From an uncultured Gemmatimonadales bacterium (GTDB lineage: Bacteria > Gemmatimonadota > Gemmatimonadetes > Longimicrobiales > RSA9): a DNA stretch of 64,000 bases. The stretch is from NCBI GenBank assembly GCA_963786235.1, contig CAWAYJ010000017.1, positions 245,855 to 309,854 on the forward strand, in the 5' to 3' direction. Below, in pieces: positions 20,101-28,861 of this stretch. The notes beneath the pieces were generated by a model. That model had not been told where the DNA came from. It searched no databases and saw nothing but the letters and a program-made list of their open reading frames with translations. Each line of letters opens with the position of its first letter. Position 1 is the first letter of the stretch. Both the position numbers and the translations under genes were made by a program.

Positions 20101-20424
20101 CTCCGCCAGCAGGCGCGCACGCTCGAGCTGCGCATGATGGACCTGCAGCAGATCCTGACCGGCGATCCCACGAAGGCGAGGCGCCAGGAAGCGTCGATGC
20201 CCGGCGTGATCGGCCGCATCCAGACCGCGATGGGCGACATGGGCGCGACGCACGGGCCGAGCGCCACGCAGCGCCAGCAGCTCGACATCGCGGAGCAGGC
20301 GTTCAGCGCCGCGTTGCCCGGATTCCGGCAGATGATCGACCAGGACGTGCCCGCGCTCGAGCGGCAGTTCGACGCGGCCGGCATCCGCTGGACAACCGGG
20401 AGGGGTGTGCCGGGCGGGGACTGA
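17116..20424 (+). CDS. BNR/Asp-box repeat, sortilin/VPS10-like beta-propeller protein
   Basis: Signal ...PLVAQQ. At least nine SxDxGxTW-type Asp-boxes ([66 protein letters not shown], and others). 1102 aa. Confidence 0.8.
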   Translation: MIDRGRTMIGLPRISRTPSSRFLVVFALLALPAGSAPLVAQQMAPDTLKSSDVSALKFRNLGGAFMSGRIVEVAVDPTDRATWYVASASGGVWKTTNAGNTFDPIFDHYGSYSIGTVAIDPNNPATIWVGTGENNSQRSVAYGDGIYKSLDGGRSFENMGLKTSEHIARILVDPRSSDRVFVAAQGPLWSAGGERGVYRTEDGGQTWEQVLAVDENTGATDLLMDPRNPDVLYAATYQRRRHVWTLIDGGPGSGIWKSTDGGDTWRKIESGIPGGDKGRIGLALAPSDPDILYAIIELPEYSGGFYRSMNGGESWERRSDHVSGSPQYYNEIYVDLKNPDVVYSLDTYTMITEDGGRTFSPLGETDKHVDNHALWIDPDDGNHLLEGCDGGLYETWDRGATWRFFTNLPLAQYYKTAVSYGEPFFYVYGGTQDNATHGVPSGTMNTHGIRNSDWFTTVFGDGFGPAVDPSNPDIVYSEWQYGGLVRYDRKSGEAVDIKPQESADGPPLVWNWDSPILISPHNPSRLYFGAQILFRSDDRGDSWTAISPDLTRGLDRNKLEIMGRVWSVDAVAKNASTSIYGNLTTVSESPVVANLLYAGTDDGLIQVSEDGGANWRKIEQFPGIPDRTYVNDIEASQTNANTVYAAFNNHKMGDFKPYLLVSRDRGRTWRSIAGNLPERGSVYTVVQDDEVPSLMFAGTEFGVFVTRDEGNSWTKMGGGLPTIAIRDLVIQRDQDALVAASFGRGFWILDDYAPLRTVGKTAQDAEAHFFPIKPAKLYVRVTPLGVTGKAFQGSDFHTDPNPTFGAVFTYNLKTALQTKKAERQAEEKKLEKDGKDTPYPSWDELKAEDREEEPAIVLTVRDQDGDVVRRITGPVSAGVHTVSWDLTYPGFTPVNANTGSDGNGPSVVPGRFTVELARRVDGEFETLTDRVPFQVEAIGVHTLPVPDRAQTLAFYQRAGDLQRRVMGMNAALGEAMQSIQAMKNAAMRDPAGTPELRQQARTLELRMMDLQQILTGDPTKARRQEASMPGVIGRIQTAMGDMGATHGPSATQRQQLDIAEQAFSAALPGFRQMIDQDVPALERQFDAAGIRWTTGRGVPGGD

Positions 20425-20495
20425 CCGCGCCCGAAGCGCTGGCACCGGGGCGCCGTGTCTGATACCATTCTCAATGGATATATGATACTAGTCCG

Positions 20496-21065
20496 ATGGA
20501 GAATGATATCATGGCGACGAAGGCGTCAGGACGGTTCGTGCTGCGGCTGGAGCCGGGGTTGCATGCGGCGTTGCGGCGGGCGGCGGCGGCGGCGGGCGTG
20601 TCGCTCAACGAGTACTGCGCGCGGAAGCTGTCGGCGCCGGGTTCGGATGCGACGGGCGCGGCGGGTGCGATCGTGGCACGTGCGGCGGAAACGGTCGGGG
20701 ACGGCCTTGTCGGGGTTGTGGCGTTCGGCTCGTGGGCGCGCGGCGAGGAGCGGTCGGACTCGGACCTGGACATCCTGATCGTGGTGGATCGGCGCGTGAA
20801 GTTGAATCGTTCGGTCTACCGCGGCTGGGATTCCGGGGACCTGGAGGTGGGCGGGCTGCGGGTGGAGCCGCACATCGTGCATCTGCCGGAGCCATCGGAT
20901 CGGCCGTCGTCGTTGTGGCTGGAGGTGGCGGTGGACGGTGTGGTGCTGTTCGAGCGAGGGCTGGAGGTTTCGCGGCATCTGGCGCGGGTCCGGTCGTTCA
21001 TCGCGGAGGGTGGGGCGCGGCGGAAGTGGTCGCACGGTCAGCCGTACTGGGTCGAGGCGGCGTGA
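20496..21065 (+). CDS. RHH/HicB-like domain fused to a minimal nucleotidyltransferase (MNT) domain
   Basis: The N-terminus GRFVLRLEPGLHAALRRAAAAAGVSLNEYC resembles HicB/Arc-like antitoxins. It is followed by the MNT motif GSWARGEERSDSDLDILIVVD. The start may instead be ATG 20511. Confidence 0.7.
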   Translation: MENDIMATKASGRFVLRLEPGLHAALRRAAAAAGVSLNEYCARKLSAPGSDATGAAGAIVARAAETVGDGLVGVVAFGSWARGEERSDSDLDILIVVDRRVKLNRSVYRGWDSGDLEVGGLRVEPHIVHLPEPSDRPSSLWLEVAVDGVVLFERGLEVSRHLARVRSFIAEGGARRKWSHGQPYWVEAA

Positions 21066-21484
21066 TGCGGAACCCGGCGCTGGCGCGCGACCACATGCGG
21101 CGGGCATCGGCGCGGCTTCGCGCGCTGGACGTTCTGTACGAGGCGGAGAGCTGGGCCGACGTAGTCCGCGAATCGCAGGAAGTCGTGGAGCTTACGCTCA
21201 AGGCGTTGCTGCGTGTCGCGGGCGTTGAACCGCCGCGCAGCCACGACGTATCGGACGTTCTGCTCACGGAACGCGAGCGGCTGCCGGACCCGGTGCGGAC
21301 CCACGTCGAGAAACTGGCGGAAGCGTCGCGGCAGCTCCGCCGGGACCGCGAGCTGGCGTTCTACGGCGCGGAGGATCTGACGCCGTCGGGCTTCTACGCG
21401 AAGGCGGATGCCGATCGTGCGCGATCGAGCGCGAGGATGGCGGTGGAGCTGGTCGCGCCGCACGTGGCTTCGCCGGACTCATGA
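21065..21484 (+). CDS. HEPN domain protein, partner of the MNT
   Basis: The start overlaps the MNT stop by 1 nt (TGATG). The protein is helical, with ...LRRDRELAFYG... typical of PF05168-type HEPN domains. Confidence 0.7.
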   Translation: MRNPALARDHMRRASARLRALDVLYEAESWADVVRESQEVVELTLKALLRVAGVEPPRSHDVSDVLLTERERLPDPVRTHVEKLAEASRQLRRDRELAFYGAEDLTPSGFYAKADADRARSSARMAVELVAPHVASPDS

Positions 21485-21534
21485 GGCCCGGCAGCCGGCG
21501 ATCTCGCATCAGCCGACCCGTGATCCGGGCTGTT

Positions 21535-21712
21535 GTCGGCGATAAACGCGTTGAGGTCAGGTCTGGTGCCTCAAACAGGTAGGTGATTCAAACCGTTGCT
21601 GCTTCTGGCCTTCCACGAGCGTGGTGCGGACCTCGACCCCCTCCAGGAGGGCCCCGACGATCTCCAGACGCGTTTCGTCGTCTAGGTCGAGGTCCCGGTA
21701 GCGGCCCAGCGC
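21535..21712 (-). pseudogene. 3'-terminal remnant of a large serine recombinase gene (homologous to 49140..49315)
   Basis: Nucleotide similarity, read by eye, to the 3' end of 49147..49830. It encodes ..DLDLDDETRLEIVGALLEGVEVRTTLVEGQKQQRF.. on the minus strand. No upstream part of the gene is present. Confidence 0.6.
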
Positions 21713-22052
21713 CGGCCGCTGCCCACTCGCAGGTAGTTACAGGTCGACTACCGCCCGGCTCGTGAAGGTCATCGGTGGAGTGGATGGTTGGGTGGCGAAG
21801 ATCGTCAAGACGCGTACAGGCGACCAGTAGGATGGAGCAAACGGCCAGCTCGGATCAGTACCTCGATACATTGTCGCCTGAGGCATAGATCGTCGGGCGT
21901 CCCTGGCAACCATGATAAGGTCGTCGTGCGGACGACGAGCACAAGCTGCCCGATCCGCTCGCGGTACGGCGCCGTGGGCTTGTTGAGCTTTACCGGTTGC
22001 GGCCAAGCCATGCGGCCGCAGCCGACGTCGTTGTTCTGTCCCGATCGGACGA

Positions 22053-22229
22053 TCAGTCACAACAGGGGATTGGCGGATCGCCCATTCCACAGCCGGGCGA
22101 GACGCAGGCGATTTCGCCGTTGTCGAATCCAAACTTCTTCGTGCCCGACTCACCCGCCATCACTGTTGCTGCCGTGATGGCAACCGCGACTACAGCGGCC
22201 ACGATTGATCCTGCGATCCCTCTCCTCAT
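22053..22229 (-). CDS. Small secreted Cys-rich peptide, 58 aa; not in the ORF track
   Basis: My own translation: MRRGIAGSIVAAVVAVAITAATVMAGESGTKKFGFDNGEIACVSPGCGMGDPPIPCCD. A GAGGAGGG SD lies just upstream. It sits 35 nt downstream of the thioredoxin-like gene and shares the C-x-PGC...CCD pattern with 34793..34993. Confidence 0.55.
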   Translation of the reverse strand: MRRGIAGSIVAAVVAVAITAATVMAGESGTKKFGFDNGEIACVSPGCGMGDPPIPCCD

Positions 22230-22264
22230 CCAGCCCTCCTCTCAGGTGATTGTTGCCCGCACGG

Positions 22265-22780
22265 TCAGCGCCCGGTTCTGGCCATCGGGTCCAAGCTCAC
22301 GTCCAGAAGCTGCACCACAGAGTCACGCACTAGAGCAAGCCTCGCTGCATTTCCATCGAGCTGCGTGATCAGGATGGCCTTATCTGCGAGATTTCGACGC
22401 AGCCGCTCCACGCCCGGATCCGATGCAAGCGGCAACTGTACCTTCTCCCGACGAAGGAACAAGCAAACGGCCTGTGTGTCCTCCACGGCTGTAAGCACAA
22501 CGGCGATCTGCCCACCCCGTCGTTTCTCCAGCTCGATCTCTCTCAAGAGACGACCCACGTTCCAGCATTGGTAGCACGTTTCAGCCGTCACAACGATGAT
22601 TTTCCGAGGAAAGTTGGCATTCCCCGCATGGCCGCAACCGTTTCCGGCGAGATCCGCTCGGAGCACGGACCCCAAGGATTCTGCCACAGCACTTGGAAGA
22701 TCATCTTTCGGCTCGGAGTTAGCCACCAGGGCCAGCGCACCGGCCCCGAGGATTGCGGGAACGAAATGCCACCTACTCAC
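22265..22780 (-). CDS. Thioredoxin-fold CxxC protein, exported (paralog of 34215..34709)
   Basis: N-terminal hydrophobic segment WHFVPAILGAGALALVANS. The motif IIVVTAETCYQCWNVG aligns with ILVVTKEQCLGCANVG. The GTG start at 22780 overlaps the propeller stop by 8 nt. Confidence 0.6.
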   Translation of the reverse strand: MSRWHFVPAILGAGALALVANSEPKDDLPSAVAESLGSVLRADLAGNGCGHAGNANFPRKIIVVTAETCYQCWNVGRLLREIELEKRRGGQIAVVLTAVEDTQAVCLFLRREKVQLPLASDPGVERLRRNLADKAILITQLDGNAARLALVRDSVVQLLDVSLDPMARTGR

Positions 22781-23855
22781 GATCCACTGAGCGAAGGCTA
22801 TAGAGCACGAACTGCAGGGTGTTTCCCGTGGGATCCGCGATCGCCACCAGCGTATCGGCAAAAGCACCGATCACCGCTGGCGCGTTCGTCAGGGTATGCC
22901 ACTCTCCCGCGGGGCTTCGTATGGCAAGACTGATTCGATCTCCGTCGTTTCTGCTGCCGCGGACAAACGGCACGGCTACGTGGGATCCCACCTGCAACGG
23001 TGCCAGCGGTCCGTCGAACGCGCGCCGCCACTCCAGAAAGTCCAGAGCGTTCGCGAGGTTGTCGGGTTGGTCTTGGGGAGGTGCGTAGTTCACCAGCGGA
23101 ATCCCAATGCGGGAAGTACTTCCTGTGCCTGGATCGAAGGTCCACGCGGTGTCGCTGACTTCGGGTAGGATCCAGATCGTATCGTTGATGACTCCAATCG
23201 ATTGGCCGACGAAGATGTTCCAGGCCGCTCGTGCAGCTGCGGATTTCACTTCAATCGGCACGAGGCGGTCGAGGATGTTGCCATGACCGTCGAGGTGAGC
23301 GAGAGCGTTTCCACCATCGGTGAAGGACCGGACCGATGCAAACACGCTACCATTCTCGCTTGCAACCAGGCCGAACACACCGCTCAGACCGTCGAGGAGA
23401 ATCGTCTCCTCAACGGTTCCGTCCGTGAGATTCAGCAAGCTCAGTCGGTTCGTCGCGGAACCGCCGACGTACGCGTGCGCCTGGCCCACGAGTACGAGGT
23501 ATTGAGCCGATGGGAACTCGGAGGGGCCATGGCCTCTCCGGCCAATTACGTGCTGCAGTGTCCCGTCTGCCGCGTAAACCTTGACGTTCGACTCTGAGTA
23601 GTCGGCGACAATGAAACGGCCCGAAGGATCCACTTTCAGGTCGGTGATGCGCACAAGCAGGGCCGAGTCCGGTTGTTCGGGCGTTACGGTCCGTGCCAGC
23701 TCGAACATGTCGGCGAATGGCTGAATGAGACCTGTTCTCTGTTGAGGCGGTGCCGGGATCCCTTGGTCGGTGGATTCGGAGCATGCTAAACCGATGGAGA
23801 GCGGCGTCAGAAGCAGGAGGGCACATAGGGCATGGTTGCTCCACTGATTCCTCAT
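22773..23855 (-). CDS. NHL-like 6-bladed beta-propeller lipoprotein (paralog 2)
   Basis: Lipobox LSIGLAC, the motif GRRGHGPSEF, and the C-terminal strand ..LQFVLYSLRS. The start was chosen at internal Met 23855. Confidence 0.75.
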   Translation of the reverse strand: MRNQWSNHALCALLLLTPLSIGLACSESTDQGIPAPPQQRTGLIQPFADMFELARTVTPEQPDSALLVRITDLKVDPSGRFIVADYSESNVKVYAADGTLQHVIGRRGHGPSEFPSAQYLVLVGQAHAYVGGSATNRLSLLNLTDGTVEETILLDGLSGVFGLVASENGSVFASVRSFTDGGNALAHLDGHGNILDRLVPIEVKSAAARAAWNIFVGQSIGVINDTIWILPEVSDTAWTFDPGTGSTSRIGIPLVNYAPPQDQPDNLANALDFLEWRRAFDGPLAPLQVGSHVAVPFVRGSRNDGDRISLAIRSPAGEWHTLTNAPAVIGAFADTLVAIADPTGNTLQFVLYSLRSVDRE

Positions 23856-24173
23856 CTGGCGGAACACCGGTGTGTGGGCAGACGAATCACGTAGTCCGCC
23901 TTCAGGGATAGTATAAGGCACGTTGTCCAACTGGACATTATCTTGAGCCGACTCGAACGTCAAGCACTGCATTTCCGCACATTGTCTGCGGGACTGTGCG
24001 TATTCTTCTGTAGTATTTTGTCGATTCTGCGCATACAGGTTCGCAGGGTCGGTCTATGCCTCAACCGACGCCGGGTCGCGCAGCCTCTGGGCGAAATCGG
24101 TGATCGTGCTGCCATGATGGCCTTTCGGATGTGGTAGCCGTCAAACGACGTCGTTGGATCGGCATCGGCGCTC

Positions 24174-24953
24174 TCACTCAAGTGAGTTCGACCAGACGCG
24201 GAAGTGGTCTGGCGGATGCCGGCGGTCGCAGCAGGGGCACTGAACTGCCAGGAGTGGCGTAGGGGATTCCCCCACGCAGGCTCGCTCCCTTCCCGCTGGC
24301 GCGCTCGAGCGGTTGTCGCAGATTGGCACACTGGAGTTGGCCGCTGACGTGTCGTGGCTGTTTCTGGCACCATCGATCTGTAGATTGGATCGGGTGGCGC
24401 CGTTCACGGGGTCCTGCCTGATGGCTCGGAGAATGCCCGGAACCTCCCGGCGGCTCCTTGCATCGAGTTTGTCCCGGACGATCTTGACGTGATTGCTGGC
24501 GGTATTCAGGGCGATTCCGAGAGCTTGGGCGATCTCGCGGTCGGACCGCCGTTCGTTCAGTAGAAGTGCTACCTGCGCCTGCTGGCGTGTAAGTTGGAAA
24601 CGGCGGCGAAGGTCGCGTTGGTCGGGCACGGAACGGGCCGGCTGGATGACAACGACGTACCTTGCACCGGTGCACGGAGTGATCTCGTGAACCTCCACGT
24701 CGCACACATCACCCCGAACGGTTCGCTGATCCCTGAAGACCCGACGGGCGCCACCCGCTCCTTCGAGGTGATCCAGGAATCCGGCGGGCAGAATCGCCTC
24801 AAGACCCTCATCCACAAGGTCGTCCAGAACATCGGAGGGCGACTCCAAGCGCATCAGCAGCGGTCCCGAGGTTATGGCCCGGACGAATAGATCGCAGTAC
24901 CGGCTGACAATTTGCTCGAGGACGGTTACCTGGAGTTTCGCCACATAACCCAT
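24174..24953 (-). CDS. LuxR/GerE-family HTH transcriptional regulator
   Basis: LTRQQAQVALLLNERRSDREIAQALGIALNTASNHVKIVRDKL is a canonical GerE HTH. The ORF then runs on for a long Cys-containing tail that may be read-through. It is divergent from the SARP gene, with a 22-nt gap between the two starts. Confidence 0.75.
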   Translation of the reverse strand: MGYVAKLQVTVLEQIVSRYCDLFVRAITSGPLLMRLESPSDVLDDLVDEGLEAILPAGFLDHLEGAGGARRVFRDQRTVRGDVCDVEVHEITPCTGARYVVVIQPARSVPDQRDLRRRFQLTRQQAQVALLLNERRSDREIAQALGIALNTASNHVKIVRDKLDARSRREVPGILRAIRQDPVNGATRSNLQIDGARNSHDTSAANSSVPICDNRSSAPAGRERACVGESPTPLLAVQCPCCDRRHPPDHFRVWSNSLE

Positions 24954-24975
24954 TGCTACGAGGCGACATGGAGAG

Positions 24976-27402
24976 ATGGATAACAGCCGGGTAATCCGCC
25001 TCGAGCTCCTCGGCCCGGTCCGCCTGCTTGCCGCTGACGGACGAAGCCTTGATGCCGTCGTGCGGCAGCCGAAGCGCTTGGCGATTCTGACGTATCTGGT
25101 GGTTCACGACGGCTTCGTACGCAGGGACACTCTGCTTGCGCTCGGCTGGCCTGAATCCTCGGATCGGGCGGCGCGCCGTGCTCTGAATCAGACCGTCCAT
25201 TTCCTGCGATCGATGCTGGGACCCGATGCCATCGAACGCCGAGGCTCTGGGGAGGTGGCGGTCTCGCGGCAGTGGGTATCGAGCGACATCGGGGATCTCC
25301 ACCGGTCCGCCCAGGAAGGACGTCTCGGCGACGCGATCGCTCTCTATCGCGGGGACCTCCTGCAGGGTGTGCACGTCACGGATTCCGTCGAGCTCTCGCA
25401 ATGGCTCGATACGGCCCGCGACCGGTTCCGGCGGGAAGCTGTCGAGGCGGCCTGCAGGCACGCGGAGGATCTGACCGGCTCGGGCCGGTTCAAGGCCGCC
25501 GAACAGGCAGCAAGGAAAGCGCTGGACATCGAGCCCACCAGTGAGTTGGCCGTCCAGGTCTTGGTGCGGGCACTCCTGCAAACGGGGGCACGAGCGGACG
25601 CGCTCAAGGCCCTGAGGGAATTCCGCGACCGCCTGGAATCGGAGTACGGGATCGAGCCATCGGCTGAGACCGTGCGCATGGTGGAAGCGGCCAGCGAGAC
25701 AGGACCGCCAGGTGAGGCGATTCCAGAGCCGGAGTCGAATCCGATCGAGAACACCGCAGAGGACGCGCCGAACCCACCCGCGGAGCCGCTGGCGGGTCCA
25801 CCGAAGCAGCGCCCAAGTCGACTGCTCCGGAGGCTGGCAGGTTTCGCGATTCTTCTGATTTCGGCTCTGCTCCTTGGCCGCGCCGCGATCCGGCACGGGA
25901 CCGAGGCTACACCGAGTGCGCGAGCCCACCCCGCGAATCGCGTCGCCGTCTTGTACCTCCAACCTCGCGGTGATCTCGGGGATCTGAACTACCTGCCTGA
26001 TGCACTCACCGAAGCGGTTATCGACCAACTCAGCACGACCGATGGGCTCGAGGTCATTGGCCAGTCTGATGTCCGGTGGTTTCAGAGAGACCCGCAACCA
26101 GCCGCCGCCATCGCGGAGGCTTTGAACGTCGGCACCGTCGTGGTCGGCACGCTGTCGCGGCAGGGCGATGACGTACGAACGAGAGTACAGATCGTAGGAG
26201 CCGACGACGGTGCTGTCCAGAGCGTGATGGATATCACCCGTTCGGCTGTGGCCCCGATGGACCTGGTCGCGTTTTGTGTCGACTCGATCACCGCTGGAAT
26301 CCGAGGAGCGCTCGGGCGTTCGGTCAATATGACACAGTGGCATGCCGGCACGAATGACGAGCGAGTCTGGGAACTCGTGCAACGTGCGGGCGCTTTGCGC
26401 CGCACTGCGGTCTCTCTCGCTACGCATGGGGAGCTTGGCAACGTGCCACGCGTTTATGCGGCCGCGGACTCGCTGCTTTCCGTGGCGTCGTCGGCAGACC
26501 GTCGCTGGAGTGTTCCCGATCTGCTTCGAGCGCAACTCGCAGAGGAATCGGCGATCTACTGCATGGCCGTCCCGGAATGCGGCCCACAAACGAGCCTGGA
26601 ATCGGTCGAGCGAGGCATGAGCTTCGCACGCGAGGCTATCGCCCGGCAGCCGGACCATTCCGAGAGTCATACAGAGCTTGGCACACTCTTCTTTCTGGCG
26701 TCGCAGTTGGTTGATTCCACCGCCGCGACCGTGTATCTCGACTCCGCGAAGGAGGCGTTCCTTGCGGCCATCGCTCAAGCCCCGGGGAATGCGATGGCGT
26801 GGAGCCGGTTGTCGGCTGTTCAGTATTCCCGGGGTGAATTCGCGACTGCATACGCTTCGGCGCGGGAGGCCTATCGAGCCGACGCCTACCTATCGAACCG
26901 CGCGGAGGTCTTGGGACGTTTGTTTCTGACGAGTCTGCACCTCGGAGCGGACGACGATGCACGGTACTGGTGCCGGGAGATCGAAGCGACGTCCGGAGGT
27001 ACTTGGCCGGTGGCCTTCTGCCAACTTTGCCTGCTTGCATTTGTGGACTCGGTGATGCCGGATCCCGACTCGGCTTGGAGTCTCGTGCGTGCGCACGCGC
27101 GCGTAGATCTTTCGGCCAAGGTCATGATGCCGAGGTTGGAGATGCTGGTGGCGGCCGTTCTGGGACGGGTCGGAATGACCGATAGCGCGCGGGTCCTGAT
27201 CCGGAGCGGCCTCCGGGATGCCCGGGGCGATCCGGATTTCGATCTTTTCCGTGCCGGCGCCCTGGTTGCCATCGGTGCCCGGGACTCCGCCGTTACTCTG
27301 CTCGAGCAGTATGTCCATGCAAACCCCGCCCAGCGGTCGGCCGTTCTCCATTGGCGCTGGTTTGAGGCGCTCGGGCGCAGCCCCCTCGAAGATTCCCGCT
27401 AG
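24976..27402 (+). CDS. Membrane-anchored SARP/BTAD-family regulator with periplasmic and TPR regions
   Basis: N-terminal wHTH plus BTAD (IRLELLGPVRLLAADGRSL...ALYRGDLLQG...LESEYGIEPSAET), one TM segment (FAILLISALLLG), then a TolB_N-like segment and a TPR-like C-terminus. 808 aa. Confidence 0.8.
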   Translation: MDNSRVIRLELLGPVRLLAADGRSLDAVVRQPKRLAILTYLVVHDGFVRRDTLLALGWPESSDRAARRALNQTVHFLRSMLGPDAIERRGSGEVAVSRQWVSSDIGDLHRSAQEGRLGDAIALYRGDLLQGVHVTDSVELSQWLDTARDRFRREAVEAACRHAEDLTGSGRFKAAEQAARKALDIEPTSELAVQVLVRALLQTGARADALKALREFRDRLESEYGIEPSAETVRMVEAASETGPPGEAIPEPESNPIENTAEDAPNPPAEPLAGPPKQRPSRLLRRLAGFAILLISALLLGRAAIRHGTEATPSARAHPANRVAVLYLQPRGDLGDLNYLPDALTEAVIDQLSTTDGLEVIGQSDVRWFQRDPQPAAAIAEALNVGTVVVGTLSRQGDDVRTRVQIVGADDGAVQSVMDITRSAVAPMDLVAFCVDSITAGIRGALGRSVNMTQWHAGTNDERVWELVQRAGALRRTAVSLATHGELGNVPRVYAAADSLLSVASSADRRWSVPDLLRAQLAEESAIYCMAVPECGPQTSLESVERGMSFAREAIARQPDHSESHTELGTLFFLASQLVDSTAATVYLDSAKEAFLAAIAQAPGNAMAWSRLSAVQYSRGEFATAYASAREAYRADAYLSNRAEVLGRLFLTSLHLGADDDARYWCREIEATSGGTWPVAFCQLCLLAFVDSVMPDPDSAWSLVRAHARVDLSAKVMMPRLEMLVAAVLGRVGMTDSARVLIRSGLRDARGDPDFDLFRAGALVAIGARDSAVTLLEQYVHANPAQRSAVLHWRWFEALGRSPLEDSR

Positions 27403-27559
27403 AGAGCCCTGCAGAACCGGAGCGCGCGCTTCTCCGGCAGTAAAGCCAAAAAGATAGCCAATTCTTGGTCATGCGCGGTGTCCTGCCCGAGTGCATGGTA
27501 GGAGCGACCGTCTGGAATGAGCCGGGCGGGCTTCACCCGATTCCAACCCGGAGCGGACC

Positions 27560-27715
27560 ATGCGAACTCGTCGTGCGCAGGTGCTCGCGCTGTTTGCCGT
27601 CCTAGCCATCGGCCTCCTTTCGGGCTGCAGGAAGGATATCCTGGAGCCACCGCCGTCGCCCGAGTCGGGTCCGTGCTACTGGATCGGCACTCAGTACATC
27701 TGTATTCCCGGCTGA
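27560..27715 (+). CDS. Small lipoprotein-like ORF, 51 aa; not in the ORF track
   Basis: My own translation: MRTRRAQVLALFAVLAIGLLSGCRKDILEPPPSPESGPCYWIGTQYICIPG. Lipobox LLSGC, GGAG 6 nt upstream, and the stop lies 4 nt before the C1-like gene. A conserved paralog is at 60571..60723. Confidence 0.6.
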   Translation: MRTRRAQVLALFAVLAIGLLSGCRKDILEPPPSPESGPCYWIGTQYICIPG

Positions 27716-27719
27716 AGCA

Positions 27720-28751
27720 ATGATCCGGTTTCAATCGGGCGAATCAAGCCGGCCCATGGACCAGGGTCTTTCTGGGCGGCCGGCCGAGTCTCGGCGCATT
27801 CGCGACTCGTCCCCCAGGGATCCAGCGAAGGCGATACCAGTACGGCGTCTGGCGGCGCGCGGGATGGGCTGGGTACGGGACATTCCGAGCATCCGGGATT
27901 ACGGGCCGTTCCATGAGTACGTGTCCGTCAAGAAGGCGCAGCTGGGACAGAGCGACTCCATTCTCGACATGCTCGCGGAAACCGATGCTCTGGACTCCGA
28001 GCTGGATCTCCCAACTTCCGTTGACCTCCGTCAGTGGTTTCCGCCGGCAGACGACCAAGGCCCTCTGGGATCGAGCGCGGTGCACGCCGCGATCGGGCTC
28101 CTCGCGTATTTCGAGTACCGGGCGTGGGGCCGGCATGTGGATCTATCAAGCCGCTTCCTGTACAAGACCGCGCGGAAGCTCATGCAGGTTCACGGAGATG
28201 CCGGAGCGAGTCCCCGGAGCGTGCTGGACGCTCTCGTTCGGTTTGGGGCGCCACCGGAGCGACATTGGCCTCCCAATGTTGCGGCCTTCGACGAGGAACC
28301 ACCGGCGTTCTGCTACGGATACGCGCAGGACTACCAGGCGCTTTCCTACTACAGACTCGACTCCGGCAGGACGAACGGCGAGGAGCTGCTCGAGCGGATC
28401 AAGCGTCACCTGAACTCAGGCGTCCCGCTTCTTTTCGGCTTCACGGTGTTCCGGTCGATCCAGCAGGACGGCAATGTCCCGTTTCCCAACTCGGACGAGC
28501 AAGTGCTCGGAGGGCAGGTCGTTGTCGCGCTCGGCTATGACGACCGGAAGCTCATACGGAATCCGGCGCCCGTCGGACCAGAGACCCGCGGAGCCATTCT
28601 GATCCGGAGTTCCTGGGGGGAGGAGTGGGGGGAGCACGGCTACGGGTGGCTGCCATATCAATATGTACTTGGCGGGCTTGCCGCTGATTGGTGGTCGCTG
28701 ATTAGGTACGAGTGGATGGAGACGGGGGAGTTCCAGCGGCAAGACCAATGA
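27720..28751 (+). CDS. Papain-like (peptidase C1) homolog with substituted catalytic residues; likely a non-peptidase homolog
   Basis: Family motifs are present: GWVRDIPSIRDY, DLRQWFPPADDQGPLGSS, GYDD, SSWGEEWGEHGYGWLPY. The canonical GSC is GSS (S119) and the canonical GGH is GGQ (Q266). No signal peptide. Confidence 0.8.
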   Translation: MIRFQSGESSRPMDQGLSGRPAESRRIRDSSPRDPAKAIPVRRLAARGMGWVRDIPSIRDYGPFHEYVSVKKAQLGQSDSILDMLAETDALDSELDLPTSVDLRQWFPPADDQGPLGSSAVHAAIGLLAYFEYRAWGRHVDLSSRFLYKTARKLMQVHGDAGASPRSVLDALVRFGAPPERHWPPNVAAFDEEPPAFCYGYAQDYQALSYYRLDSGRTNGEELLERIKRHLNSGVPLLFGFTVFRSIQQDGNVPFPNSDEQVLGGQVVVALGYDDRKLIRNPAPVGPETRGAILIRSSWGEEWGEHGYGWLPYQYVLGGLAADWWSLIRYEWMETGEFQRQDQ

Positions 28752-28861
28752 GAGGACTCAAGACGTACGCCAGTCCGCCGAAAGGACGGCAGGCCATTGG
28801 AGCACGCCCGATCGAGGGGCCCAGGCCGGTATGTTGTTCAACTGCATCGAGGTGGTGCATC

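Noticed and set aside
17086-20445. 1119-aa minus-strand ORF opposite the BNR/sortilin-like gene
   Set aside because: It has the same shadow-ORF signature (Arg/His/Asp-rich, no domains). The plus strand carries at least nine Asp-box repeats.
24808-26778. 656-aa minus-strand ORF opposite the SARP regulator
   Set aside because: No motifs and an Arg-rich composition. The plus strand encodes a clear wHTH-BTAD-TM-TPR architecture that is duplicated at 57942.
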